Shown in pieces: positions 1 through 12,784 of a stretch of DNA of 64,000 nt. Positions within the stretch are counted from its first letter, which is position 1, and each line of letters begins with the position of its first letter. Made by a program: the position numbers and the translations under genes. Under the pieces are notes generated by a model. The model had not been told where the DNA came from, made no database searches, and saw nothing but the letters and a program-made list of their open reading frames with translations. This stretch comes from Lama glama. Taxonomy: Eukaryota. The stretch lies in the NCBI GenBank assembly GCA_028534125.1, contig CM052818.1:19160001-19224000 (forward strand). The letters run 5' to 3'.

Positions 1-2284
1 CACTGCTGTCTTGTTAGCACATGTACCACTTTTCTAAATCATCTACTTCCTATATTTGTTTACTTGTTTGTCACCTGACCTCTAGCCATTCCCTGCTCCA
101 TGAGAACAGGGGTCTTGTCCCTTCTCATCCACTGTTACATTCCCAAAGCCTAGCACAGCACCTAGTGTTTGTCAAACAAATAAACAAACTTCCAAAGCTT
201 CTGTTTTCACATTTATAAAATGGGAATAGAACAGTGCCAATCTCACATGGTTGTTGGGAGCACTATATGAGACCAGGCATGTAGGCACTTCCTCTGGCTG
301 TGGCATTTAATAAGGACTCTAATATGAGGTCATGGTTTTATTAAGAAATTATCTGGCTGAGGTAATGCAGTCAGTGGCAAAGCTGGACCTCATGGCAAGG
401 TCTCTGACCCCAGATCCTTTGCTCATTCCCGTGTGTCTGATGCCACCTCTCAGGTGGCAGGGTAGGCTTGGGGAAGCAGTGTGAGGCCAGGACCAGCCTG
501 CCTTGGGTATGTTAAGGAACAATGACAGGTAAAACTGCTTTAATAGGTTTAGGTAATGTTGGAGGGCCTTGAAAGCAGGGCAGAAACGCCTAGACTTGAC
601 ATGGGGAACAATAAGGAGCCATTGCACGTTCTCGAGCAAGAGTGTAATGTGATGATGGGTGTTTGAGATGAGCATTCTGGCTGATTAGTCACTGTGTAGT
701 TATGCCATTAAATCAGGCAATCTAGTTAGTCTAAATTGTTGGTCTCTAGACTGCCTGGAAACAACCAGATAATTGCAAAGTCCCTTGTTTTGTCTGTTCA
801 CATTGAACATTTAAATCAGCCCACTACCAGCTGTCCCCTTCACTTTATGGGGAGCTTATGTGTCTCTATAGGTGGCAAATCCTTGAGGAATACATACTTA
901 GTTTGTAATATTCATCTCTGAACTGCCATGTGCTTCCAGACTCATTCAAAAGGATTGCCAATGTATATTGTTTCTTCATGAGCTCTAAGTGGCTCATGAT
1001 ATATGATAGTTCTAATTTTATTTTATTGCTACTGGTATACACACTTTGAACAAAGAGCAGAATTTGGCATGTTCAACTTGGAAGCTGTGTACAAATCTTT
1101 CTCACAATGATATCTGCCTCACTGGGTTGTGGGGAAGACCCTCATATGATAGGCTGAGGGTCAATAAACGCTTGTTAACTTGTTTATGAGGCAGCCAGAG
1201 GATGCTGAATATTTGTACGCAGAGTGATTTGGGTGGAGGGAGTTAGGGATAGGGGCCAAGGATCCTGTGGCCTTTGGAAAGGAGAAGAGGAGGCGTGAGA
1301 GATGTTTTCAGGAGCCAAATGGCATGATCTAGTGGCCAGCATTCAGCATGACTCAATATGACCCCCACTAATCTTGGGTCTCACTCTCTTCCTCTCCCAT
1401 TTCTTGACATCAAGGTCACACATGAAGATCCAGGCAAAGGGGGTGACCGTGGGCCTGGGGATCTCTACGATGCAGCCAGAGATTTGTGTGCATGTCTAAC
1501 AATGGGAGGAAGGGAGCACAGGATGCTGCAGCCGCACAGTGGGTGCGGAGTGCAGCCAGGCTGAGGCCGGAGGAGAAAGCCCCTCCTCCAAAGCTGGGTT
1601 CAGCAGGTCAGCCCTCCCCTCCCAGCTCAGAGACTGCTGAGGGCAGCCTCCGGTGCCATGCAGTGAGAAAGGCACCAGAGAATGAGGGCCTGAATGCAAC
1701 AGAGGTTGGTGTGTAGCAACGACCTTAATTCACGGCTTCTTTGTCCCTAGAATCACTTTAACCGTCTTCTAAATCCCTGGTTTAAATCTTTTTTAAAAAT
1801 GTTTTTCCATAAAATTGCTTCTTTTATAGCTGTTTATGGCTGAAGGGCACCCTAGCTTCAGACTTGGAGCTGAGTACTCTAATTAATTCTATCCCAGTTC
1901 CTGGCCCTTCCCTCTCCCCTGGGCTGAGCACAGAGGAAAGAGCTGATGCAGACCCTACAGGGAGGGGTCCAATTCTCTGTGTGATGTGATTAAATGAGCC
2001 AGCATCTGCAAGGCTCTTCTCCCTTGTAATTTTTCCAGGGTTTCCAACCCCAGAGTGGTGCCACTGTGGTGACACACATGGTATTTAGAGCGCCTCCCAG
2101 CCCCTCTGGGCTATACACTGGGCAGCCTGTGATTAAGAGTTATATTTTCAACCAATGGCTTGCCTTCCCTAGAACTGGCACCAAAATGTTTTATGCATCG
2201 AGTCCAGAACAAACTTAAGGTATGGATGCAGTATGTGTTTGTGTGTGTGTATGTGTGTTACTGATTTCACATTCTATATACAGC

Positions 2285-2898
2285 AGTGAACAAGGCTTCA
2301 AAGTCCCCCCTATATGGAGCTAACATTCCTGTTGAGGGAGGCAGTCAACAAATAAACAAGTGTCAGACAGAGAAATGCTACGAAAAGGGTAACAGAATGG
2401 AGTGATAAAAGTGGGGGTGCTTTTCTTGACAGGGTGATCCAAAAGGGTCTCTGATGATATGACCCATGAGCAAAGACATGGAGTGAAGCAAGGGAGAAAG
2501 CCATGTGGTTACCTGGTGGAAGAGTATTCCAGTAAGTGCCATGGTCCTTAAGCAGGAGCTTGTATGGTGTGTTGGAGGAGCAGCAAGGAAACCAATGTGG
2601 CTGGAATAGTGTTTGAAGGAGGGTCAAGTGGGAGAGTGTTAGAATGTGAAGTCAGACAATAGCCAAGGACTACATCAAGTAGGGTCTATGGGCCATGGCA
2701 AGGCCTTCAGATTTTACTCTGAGTGAAATGGGGAGTTATTGGAGGGTTGTGAGGAGTGAGATGACCTTATATTTGTAGGGGAGAAAGTATAGAAGCATGG
2801 AAACCAGTTAGGAGGGGTTTGAAATATTCCAGATGTGATATGACGGTGACTTGGACAAGACTGTGATGGGCAGTGCCAGAGAAAAGTGATTAGATCTT
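2285..2898 (-). mobile_element. L2 LINE fragment (interrupted by HAL1/L1; resumes ~4549-4860)
   Basis: Antisense-L2 phrases atggagctaacattc, ttttactctgagtgaaatgggg; continues at 4560 with tggatatattttgaaagtagag...ccatttactgagat. Confidence 0.75.
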
Positions 2899-4548
2899 TC
2901 AGAATATTTTTCAGAAAAGATATATTCACTGGGTATAGAAATCTAGGTTGAAGGGCTGTTCTTTTGTTTTTTGTTTTTAATTTCAGCACTTTAAAGGTTG
3001 TTTTCTGGCTTGCACAGTTTCTGACAAGAAGTCTTTGTTTTATCTTTGTTTATGTGTAAGCGATATGCCTTTTTTTCTCTGGCTGCTTTTAAGATTCTCT
3101 CTTCATCCCTGATTTTCAGCAATTTGATTTCGATGTGCTCAGTATAGTTTTGTGTGTGTGTTTATCCTACTTGGGGCTTACTGAATTTCTTGGATCTGTG
3201 TGTTTATAAATTTTATTAACTTTGAAAAAATGTTGACATTGTTTCTTCAAATCATCTTTTTGTTGCCCCACCATCTTTTTTTTTTGGACTCCAATTACAT
3301 ATATGTTTGACCAACTGATATTGTTCCACTGGTAACTGAGGCTCTTGTTTTTGCTTTCTTTTTTATTTTTCAGTCTTCTTTTCCCCCTCACTGTACTTCA
3401 TTTGGGATAGTTTTTATTGCTATGTCTTCAAGTTCAATCTTTTTTTCCTACAGTGTCTAATCTACTATTTATCCTATACAGTGAAATTTTCATTTCAAAT
3501 ATTGTATTCCTAAAGTTCCACTTACTTCTTTTTATATTTTTTCCAGTTCTCTCATTATGTTCACCTTTTCCTTGAAATCCTTGAGCATATTTAATATATT
3601 TATAACAAATATTTAAATGTCTTCACTAATTCCCTAATCTCTGCCATTCCCAGGGCTGTTTCTGTTGACAGATCTCTCCCTTGTTTGTGGATTACATGTT
3701 CCTTATTTTTTGCATGTCTCATAACTTTTTATTAGAGACTAGAATATTGTGAGTTTTCCATTTTTGGTGTTTGATTACGTTGTACTCCTTTAAACAGGGT
3801 TGGACTCTGCTATGGCAGACAGTTACTTATAGATAAGCTACTTATAGATAAATTTGATCTTTCTTCCAGGCTTGTTTTTAAGCTTTTTAAAGTCAGATCT
3901 AAAAGAGACTTTTCCCTGGGACTAGTTTAACCACAGTATTAGGGCATAAACTTTCTGGGGCTCTACTGAATGCCTTGTGTATTCACTGAAACCTCTCCAC
4001 CCTGGCTGGTGGAAACTCAGGTGATTCCTGCTCTGTGAGAACTCTGGGAGTTGTTCGACTTACAGCTCTCTGAGAACTCTTCTATCTTGAAAGCTTTTTA
4101 CCCCCTTGGTCTTGAGTTTCACTTTACACATGCACAGACTATTATTCAACCAAATACTCAGAGGAACCCCTGCACAGATTTCCGGAGCTCTTTCTCTTGG
4201 TAGTTCCTTCCTCTCCACAGTATGCTACCCTGCAAGTCTGCTTTTTTTGTTTTGTAGCTGCATTGTCTTCCTTGAACTCAAATCTCTGTTTCCTCAATTC
4301 AGTGAGACTGCTGAGTTCTTATTCCCCCCTCTCCTATTGCTTTCTGAAAACTGCCTCCAAGCAGAAAACCAGGGCAGTCAAAGGTCTCACCTTGTTTGTT
4401 CCCTTCTCTCAGGGACCAGAATCTTATACTACCTGTTTTCCAGTGTCTGAAAATAACTATTTCATAAATTTCATCCAGTTTCCTAGTTGTTTATGTTGGG
4501 AAGGAAGTCTGGATCCAACTATTCCCTCATGGCCTGAAGCAAAAATCA
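2899..4548 (-). mobile_element. Old HAL1-like/L1 5' element (5'UTR plus degenerate ORF1)
   Basis: Minus-strand translation gives ORF1-like WNNISWSNIYVIGV; the ORF1 3' motif ttctatacccag is present; flanked by duplicated ttagatctt. Confidence 0.7.
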
Positions 4549-4867
4549 AGAGTTAGATCTTGGATATATTTTGAAAGTAGAGTAGTAGGATTTGCTAATG
4601 GATTAGATATAGAGTATGAGATTTAAAAAAAAAGAATCAAAAAGGACTCTAAGATTTTTGACCTTAGCAACTGGAAGGATGGACTTGCCATTTACTGAGA
4701 TAAGAAAAGCTTTAAAAGAATCAAGGAAGGGGTGATTGGGAGGGAGATGAGAATCAAGAGCTCAGTTTTTTAAGTATTTATTTTGAGAGGTCTCTTAGAC
4801 TTCAAATTGGATGTCAGTTAGGCAGTTGGGATTGAGATCCAAATTTAGGATTTGTGAGCCGATAGAC

Positions 4868-5323
4868 CATTGGTTCTTAACCCTGGTTACAGTGATACTC
4901 AAATCACTTAAGAAACTTAAAGAAGGGGGTTGAGCCAAGATGGCAGAGTAGACTCACAGCTCGCCTTCTCCCACAAATACACCAAGAATTACATCTACAG
5001 ACCCAATGAATCACACAGAACACCTACTGAACTCTGGCAGCGTGTCTCTCATTTCAAAATACAGGAGGATCCTCACAAAAGCCGATAAGCAACAAATATA
5101 TACTGTATAGCACAGGGAACTATATTCAGTATCTTAAAGCAACTTATGGTTAAAAAGAATATGAAAATAGATTTTAAAAAAAGAAAGAAACTTTTAAAAC
5201 AGTCAATGTTCAGACCTGACCTTAGGCCAGTTCAATCAGAATCTCTGGGGGTCAGGCCTGGGAATTGATATTTTTAAAAGTTCTCCAGATGATTCTAATG
5301 TGCAGGTAAGGATAAGATCCACT
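4868..5323. mobile_element. MER5A-type hAT DNA transposon split by the mini-L1 insertion
   Basis: The tggttcttaaccctgg terminus lies left of the insert; tcagaatctctggggg...ccagatgattctaatgtgcag lies to the right. Confidence 0.7.
4925..5184 (+). mobile_element. Mini-L1: ~160 nt L1 5'UTR joined to ~100 nt L1 3'UTR with A-rich end
   Basis: Starts with the YY1-type ccaagatggc; after 5084 switches to ataagcaacaa...tactgtatagcacagggaactatattc (same 3'UTR as at 42547-42610); flanked by the aagaaactt duplication. Confidence 0.85.
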
Positions 5324-5365
5324 CTTCTGTGTGTTATTTAAAGCCCCACAAAATATCAGCTAGGA

Positions 5366-5560
5366 CAGTGCTCTCAATCCTGGCTGCATGTTAAAATTAC
5401 TTGGGGAGCCTTTAAAAGTCTTGATGCCCAGATTATCTCCTCCACCCCAGCCCCTACCCCACCAGTCCAATTGCATCATTCTCTCTGGGGGTAGGGCTTG
5501 AGAATTCATATTTTGTTAAACTCCTCAGGTAACTCCAATATACAGCCAAGGTCGGAACCA
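5366..5560. mobile_element. MER5-type DNA transposon
   Basis: cagtgctctcaatcctggctgcatgtta...ctcctcaggtaactccaatatacagccaagg. Confidence 0.65.
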
Positions 5561-6799
5561 AGGAGTCCTAGGGCGAGCTCGTGGAACCCAGAAGAGAAGC
5601 GATCTGAAGATGGAGCCTTAGTGGTTTTGAAGATGAAGAGAGATGGGGACTGAGATAGGAGAGCTGAGCTGGAGGGAGAGGTGCCAGGCTTTCCTCTGAT
5701 GTCTGAACTGTGGCTGTCCACTCACACTTAAGAACTAGAATCGAAACTCAGACTGGCAGTTCTGTGTGCGTAGGTGGGCTTGTGGACTCAAGCTTCTGTT
5801 TAGGTCAGTAGGTGAGCCACCAGCAATTATCTGTGCCACGTTGCCCAGACCCTAGTCTACCCAGGGTTCTTGGGATCAGCTTGTCTCCCTCCCCTCCTCA
5901 GCTAGAACCCTCTCTGAGCTGCTCCCACCTTCACCGGTCACCAGTCTCTCACTTGCCAGTTCACCTTTGCAAAGTCAGTTGAAATTCCTCATCCACTGGA
6001 AATCTCTCTCCCCATTCTCATTGTTTGTGCCTCTATATCCCTTTATCATCATTTCAATAGATTCTTAGGAGGGAGAGTAGATAACATCAGCTGATGAGAT
6101 GATCATTTTAAACCTGAAGTCTCCCAGCCTTTTAAAATGTGAGGATCACTTTAAAAGCTAGAAATATTATTACAGAACCCACACGACAGAAGTCACATAC
6201 ACTTTCAGTATCCATTCGTTAATATGGAAAATACATATTGATCCATAAAGTCCTCTGAACTAATTCAGTACCACTTCTAAATGCATTTTTCCTCATCATA
6301 AAACCATTTATATATGTTTGGAAACCCAGAGCACAAGCATGTAGGAGAAAGTTATGACAGCTGAGAACAATACTCACTGAACAAATCAATTCAGATGCCT
6401 TTGCAGTAACTGCAGAGTCATAGGAGTCCAAGCCTCATGACTGGGACCCACAGCGCAAGGCCCTGGGAAGCCACTGGATGTTTTGAATGGGGGAAGGGCT
6501 GTTCCTGGGGCCCTTAAGTGCTGCTTCCTTTACAGTTTTTCCCCATCAGTCCGGTCCGGTCCGTAGTTGTCTTTCTCTGGGAGGTTAATGTGGGGTGGAT
6601 TCCTCCCCAAGAGAGCAGGGAGGTAATGCCAGCTGGCCTCCTGAGCAAATTATTTTCCCAAAGAAAACAAAAGAAGCTTAGTGAAATTCAGTCTGGGTTT
6701 TTTATTCATTCTACCGCCTTCCTCTTCTCAATTCTTCCTTATGTCCCCTCTTAGACACCCTGTTCCTTGTTCTCTAACAGTTACCACAAATGGTCAACA

Positions 6800-6990
6800 T
6801 TTCCCATGCTAAGTGCTCTTTACATTTTATCTCCTGTAATCCTCATCACCTCCGATGGAAGCAGGTACAATTCTTACCCTCGTTTTACAGATGAAGAAAC
6901 TGAGGCAAAGAGAAGTTAAACAGCTTCCTCAAATCCAAAGAGCTAGCGAGCGATGGAACTGAGAGTCTAACCCAGGTGGGCCTGCTGCCT
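6800..6990 (-). mobile_element. MIR SINE (one of many in the window)
   Basis: Core ttttacagatgaagaaactgaggcaaagagaagttaa. Confidence 0.8.
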
Positions 6991-9900
6991 CTGCCATCCG
7001 CCTCCCTCCTCCTCTGGGTGGCAGAGTTTGTGCTGCCTGGATGAGGAGGAATTTAGAAACATAAAAGGTACTTAATAAGTGATTGAATTGTGGAAAGACA
7101 GGAACCTGTATCCAGGCCTCCCAAAGGGCCTGTCCTCTGGCAGCAGCCTCCCTGGTTTCCTCCAGGGGGCCCTCCTTTACAGTGTCAGGGTTCTGCACAC
7201 TGGCCTTAGCCCCTACAAGCCCGAGGGTAGTTAACATTCCCCTTGCTGCACCCTCAGCTCTCACCAAACTAGACCTGGTATTGCGTACCTCTGGGTCCTT
7301 AGTACAGAGTTACCTCTGCCCAGAATACCCTCTCCTGTCCATCCCCCTGCACTGACCCACAATCCACGTGGCATTCAAAGGCCACTTCCTCTACAGAGCC
7401 CACCCTGATGACCCTCCTTCTTCATTTTGCTTCTATCAGTGATTATGTGACCACTCAGCCCCGACCCCTTGCTGCCTTACTTTCTCAGAGATGAATGACT
7501 TCCCACCCCACCATGCAGTCTGACCCTGACTTTAAAAAAAGTGATAAAATGAGTTGTGTGTAATTCATGAAAATAATGGATGCTTATTAGCACACTTGAA
7601 AAAGAAGCACAAAGAAGTGAAAGGAAAAAAAAAATCCTCACATCTGCACCACCACCAGTCTTTTTTTCTGGACAAAAATTTGTGGTCTTGCTTTTTATAC
7701 ACTTATAATGTAGAAACAAACTTTTCAAGCATCCCTGTTGTTGGATATGTAGTATTCCTTGCAGAGGACATGCTATAGTTTCTCAGAAGCACGACTGCAT
7801 CCCTCCCAGACCTAGCCAAGGACCCCCAGGAGGGTGCTGCTAAAGACTCTGTGAATGAGTAATTGGCTTGGGGTGGGGTGGTAGAAAGAGGGTGGGTTAT
7901 GTTTGGTGCGTGATACGTGTTAGCTACAGGGGGGCCGTTTAGAAGGCTGGAAAATTACAGAGAGCTCATGCTGAGCCCAAGTCTGCCAGCAAAGGGCATT
8001 TAAAACAGATCCCAGGAAATTATAGTTTTTGCAATCTCTGTGTTACTCAGACAGGAAAGTACACAAGAGTGATATGTTTTAGCAAGAACACAAAACAATG
8101 GTGCTGGCCATCTCAAGGGTCTGGGAAGGCAGCGTTTGAAAGAGAAAGGCTTTCCCAGGTGCTGTTCTCAATAAGCAAGCCCTGTCATTCAGAGCTGACA
8201 TGGTGCAGGCCGCACACAGAGATGCAGGGCTTCCCTGAACTATGAGGCCTTGATGGACTGGCTGAGACTATGCTAGAAATTAATATGATGAGAATTCCTT
8301 CAGCCTGTTTTATCCCTGAGACACCATGTGTATGTTGAGGGGGAGGTGGGGGGTCGGGACAGCAAAGCAGGGGTGTGGGTATGTCTGTGTATCTGACATC
8401 AGGGTCGACAAGGTCTGCTTCCTTTGAGACAGTGGAGTCAGTCTAAATGTAAGAGGTGAAGTTGGAGGTTTCAAGAATGTTGCTTGGCCTTTTGCTGCCA
8501 CCAAAAGCTGAGGGAGGGCAGGCCCTGGAGACTTGGCACCACATCTGGGGGACTGTGCTCTGGGGCGCAGTGATGGGGCAGCCCCCTGGCTCCTTGCTGA
8601 AAAGCAGCTCTGCCCTCCTCCCCTTGGTGATAGAATGGATATGAGCACTGAAGCTGGTGGACAATGTCCCACTCTTTGGCAGAGGGATGGGAAACAGAGA
8701 CTTTAAAAATGTTGAACATCCTTCTGCAGATCTCTAGAATCACAGCGGCAGAGGGAGAGGAGGGGGCCAGCTCCCAGAAGACCAGTCCAGGGGCAGTGTC
8801 CAGGGCCTCAGGACCGTCCTTTCTCCCAAAGAGCTGACAGGGCACATGCCTGGGGGAAAACATCCTGTTGCCTTCTAGGGTGTCTATCCAGCCATGGGGC
8901 AGGAGTACCCAGCAGGACAGCTGAACTTTCCACAGGTTTCTACTCTGAAAGCCCCAGACAGTGTTGTCACAGACTGGCAAGGGGAGGGCCAACCACCGTG
9001 GGGTCACTGACCCGAATTCTGAACCACCTCCACCACTTATTTGCCTTAGACCATGCCTTTCTAAGCCTCAGATTGTGCATCTGAAAACAGGATAATAGCA
9101 CCACCATCATAGATGGCTAGGGGAAACATATATAAACTGTGTGTGAAAATATCCTCTAAAACCACAAACCCCACAGAAGCCTGGAAAGGGAAGTGACACA
9201 GTGCAGTGAACAGGGCTTTAAAAAAAAAAAGTAGTTGTCTTCTGTGCTGTTGTGGTGGGGTTGTAGCTGGTGGTGGTGAGAGGGCCTGCTATATAAGGCC
9301 CTGGAAGCTCCTTTTTTCATAGTTCCATGGACAATCCTGCTCAAGTAAATTGACATTCCCACCTCAAATAATTCCTTTAAAGAGCATATAATGGCATGTC
9401 GGTGTGTAGACTGATTCATGTATTTATTCACTAGGGGTAGAAAGCGTTTCCTCCAGCCAGTGCTGAACACCCGGAGGCTTCTCCATGTCTTGTCCTGCAT
9501 GGCCCCATGGCACGTGCTGGCTTCCTGCACACGCGGCCTCGCGCAGGCAGCAGCAGCCTGGGTACCTCCCCCGGTTTCCATACTCTCACCTCACACTATC
9601 CCTCCTAGGACCTCAAGGGTCCCAGTGATTTCTCTGATAAAACAAGAACCTATCCAGTGTGGCCAGGGTCCAGCTGAAATCTCCCTGAGGCTCCTGAAAG
9701 CCCAGCCTGGCTGCAGGACCTCAGAACAGCTCAGGGTTGCTGGCACCCACTCGTAGGAGACCCTCTCCTCAGAGGCACTTTATGGTTTATGAAAGTATAA
9801 GTCTAGACTAATTTTTTTAACCCCCCCCAAAAAAACCCTTCTTATTCTGTTTATCGAGCATCTACCAAATACCCGGCATTGTGTTAAATCTGAGTGGGAT

Positions 9901-10422
9901 TAGTATCTGGCCAGTGATGGAATGGACAACAGGTCTGACTACCAATCAAAAGACTCTACGTGAGATGAGCATCATGACTCATTTGCAAAGTCCTTGGGCT
10001 GGGCACGTTCTGGAGAGGCTGTGAGCAGCAGTCAGCCTCCTCACAATCCACATGTGCACCAGGAAGACTAAACTCTGGCCTGGGAGCCTGAGCCCGCTGT
10101 GGGGGTTAGGAGAGCTGGGCATCAGAGAGAGCCTGAAGTGAGGGAGCACCTGAGAAGTGTGGGGTCTTGGGGGGGGTGTGGTCCCTGCTGGAGGAATCCC
10201 CCATCCTGACAGAGGCAGCTGGTTCCTTGGCTGCCCCCATCTCACCCGGGAGGTTATTGCTCTGGGTAGAAACAGTCCCCTGCAGTTAGCAGGATAAATA
10301 TAAACACAGCCTCCTGATCAAGGCTCAGAAACTAAGCTTTGCATCTGAGCTCCCTGCAGCCTCTGCTGCTGCAGAAAGCAGAACTAGCAATGCAGGGCTT
10401 CTGCAGCCCAGCAAACAGGGGC

Positions 10423-10790
10423 TGCATTAGCCAGCTCCCACTGCCGTGACAAAGTGTTACCGGCTGCGTGGCTTAAATTGCAGAAATTACTTCTCTCCCA
10501 TTTGGAGGCCGGAGGTCCAAGACCAAGGTTATCAGGGGTTGGTTTCTTTTGAGATGTCTCTCCTTGGCATGTAGATGGATGCCTTCTCACTATGTCCTCA
10601 CATGGTCTTCCCTTGGTGCGTGTCTGCATCCTCACCTCCTCTTATAAGGACACCGGTCATGTTGGACTAGGGCCTATTATATGACCTCATTTTACCTTGT
10701 TACTGCTCTAAAGTCCCTCTCTACAAATCCAGTCACATCCTGAGATACAGGAGGCTCCGAACTTCAACATATGAATCTTGGGGAGACAAG
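10423..10790. mobile_element. MaLR solo LTR (MLT1B/C-like)
   Basis: gtggcttaaa...ggaggccggaggtccaagaccaagg...cttcaacatatgaatcttggg pattern. Confidence 0.75.
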
Positions 10791-11732
10791 AGGTCATTGA
10801 GGCCATTCCCCTGCCTTCAGACTGAAACTTGTCAGGACCCTCCTAGGTAACAGAGTGTTGGTCTGCACTTTCAAGACCACCTTAGAGAAAGAAATGCCAT
10901 GTATTTGGTGGGACTACTGTGACTTGGAGATTTCTGGAAATTGCTTTTGCTTATTATAGATGACTAAAAGCCAGCTCACTTCTACAAAGGATTTGAAAAA
11001 ATTTAGGTGATAAAACTAGAATAAGCGGAACTGTAAGCTCTGAGAGGGCAGGGCTGTGTATGAGCACCGTGCTTGAGCATAGCAGGTGCTCAGCGATCTT
11101 ACAGATAGGAGGAAGAGGAAAAGTGAAGGAGGAAGGGAGCTGAAAATAATTCAGAATTGATGAGAGATGCACCCATAGTCCTACAGCAATTGATCACTGC
11201 ATGGGCTCAAGCTTCTATTGAGCAGGCCAACTGGGCGCCCAGGGGTCATTCAAGGGCAGCAAGTGAACAACTGCCCCTAGGAAACCAGCCCTTTAGATCT
11301 TGAATTCAAGGAGAAAAGAATCTCATGAGTCTTTAAATAAGGACATGAGTGATTTTTTTCCCCTTTGGCTTTGCAAAAGATACAGTCTTCAAATGGATGT
11401 TTCAACCATCACTTCCTAAATGCATGAGGTATAACCTTAAATCACAGCGAAGTCATTTTTGTGGGGAGTGGGATAATATGGTCCACGGTTGCTATTCGCT
11501 GATGATCTGACTTAACAGAGAGATGGCATCTGGAGTTCTCACAAGAGGGGACTTACTGCTTAGGGTCTCTGGGCTCTCTTTCAAGTCCCTAATGGGGTGA
11601 GCCTGTGCCCTCCCCATTTCCAGGCCAGACACTGAGCCCCTTGGCCCAGCAAACACACCTCACAACTGGTATCCAGTAGGCACTTCATGGTGTTATAAAA
11701 GTGAACAACCAGGTGAGTGCACGGGTGAGGGA

Positions 11733-12079
11733 GTGCTATGGTCTGAATGTTTGTGTCTTTCTAGAATTCGTATGTTGAAACCTAGACCCCAAGGTATTAT
11801 TAGGAGGTGAGGCTTTGGGGAGTGATGAGGTCATGAGGGCAGGACCCTTAGGAATGGGATTAGCGCCTTTATAACAGAAGCCCGAGAGAGGTCCCTTGCC
11901 CCTGTCACCACAAGAAGACCTAGTAAAAAATGCACTATAATGAGCCAGGAAGAGGACTTTCACCGGATGCTGAGTCTGCCAGGGACTTGACCTTGGACCT
12001 CCAGGCTCCAGAACTGTGAGATCTAAATTTCTAGTCTGTGGAATTGTGTTATAACTGCCCAAATGGACTAAGACTGACA
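11733..12079 (+). mobile_element. MaLR solo LTR (MLT1A-like)
   Basis: tgctatggtctgaatgtttgtgtc start; ccaggctccagaactgtgaga; ggactaagac end. Confidence 0.8.
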
Positions 12080-12452
12080 TGAATGCCTTAAAAGCACGAT
12101 CTGACATGCAGTTACGAAATTTTAGATCCATTGTTTGTATTTTCTCTAAGATAGAGGTCTGCCCAGCCAGGCCTCCTCCCCTCTCTGCCATTTGTGGGGT
12201 GTGTAACTTTAATAATAAGCATATTTACTGACTGTTCCCTCTGTGCCAAGTACCCTGCTGAGTAAAGGAGCCATCCTCCAATCCTTCCAGCCACCCTGTG
12301 AGGTGGCTGTCCCCATCTGATGGATGAGGACATGGAGGCTTGGCCAGTAGCTCTGAGTGAAGGTGGTGGCTGAATACAATCCAGATCTCTGACTCCAGGG
12401 CTGGGGATTTTAACCGCTGTACTCTGATACTCCTGCAAATTACTCAACCTCC

Positions 12453-12784
12453 CTGAGTCCGTTCAGGCTGCTATGACAAATATGCCACTGACTACGTGGT
12501 TTAGACATTATTTCTCACAGTTCTGGAGGCTGTAAAGTTGAAGATCAAGGCGCTGGCAGATTCAGTGTCTGGTGAGGGCTTGCTCCCTGGTTTCCAGATG
12601 GCTGCATGGTAGGAAGACAGAGACAGCTGGGCCCCTTTTACGACGGCATGAATCCCATTCATGAGGGCTCCACCCTCATGTAATCACCTCTCAAAGGCCC
12701 CGCCTCTTAACACCATCACATTGGAGGTTAGGTTTCAACCTATGAATTTTGGGGGGGACACAAACATTCCATCCATCCATAACA
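12453..12784 (-). mobile_element. MaLR solo LTR (MLT1A-like), inverted relative to the previous copy
   Basis: gagtccgttcaggctgctat...tttctcacagttctggaggct...acacaaacattcc...cataaca. Confidence 0.8.

Noticed and set aside
8471..9007. 178-aa ORF and the many other 60-160 aa ORFs in the track
   Set aside because: No recognisable domain or exon structure; many have non-ATG starts or lie in repeats.
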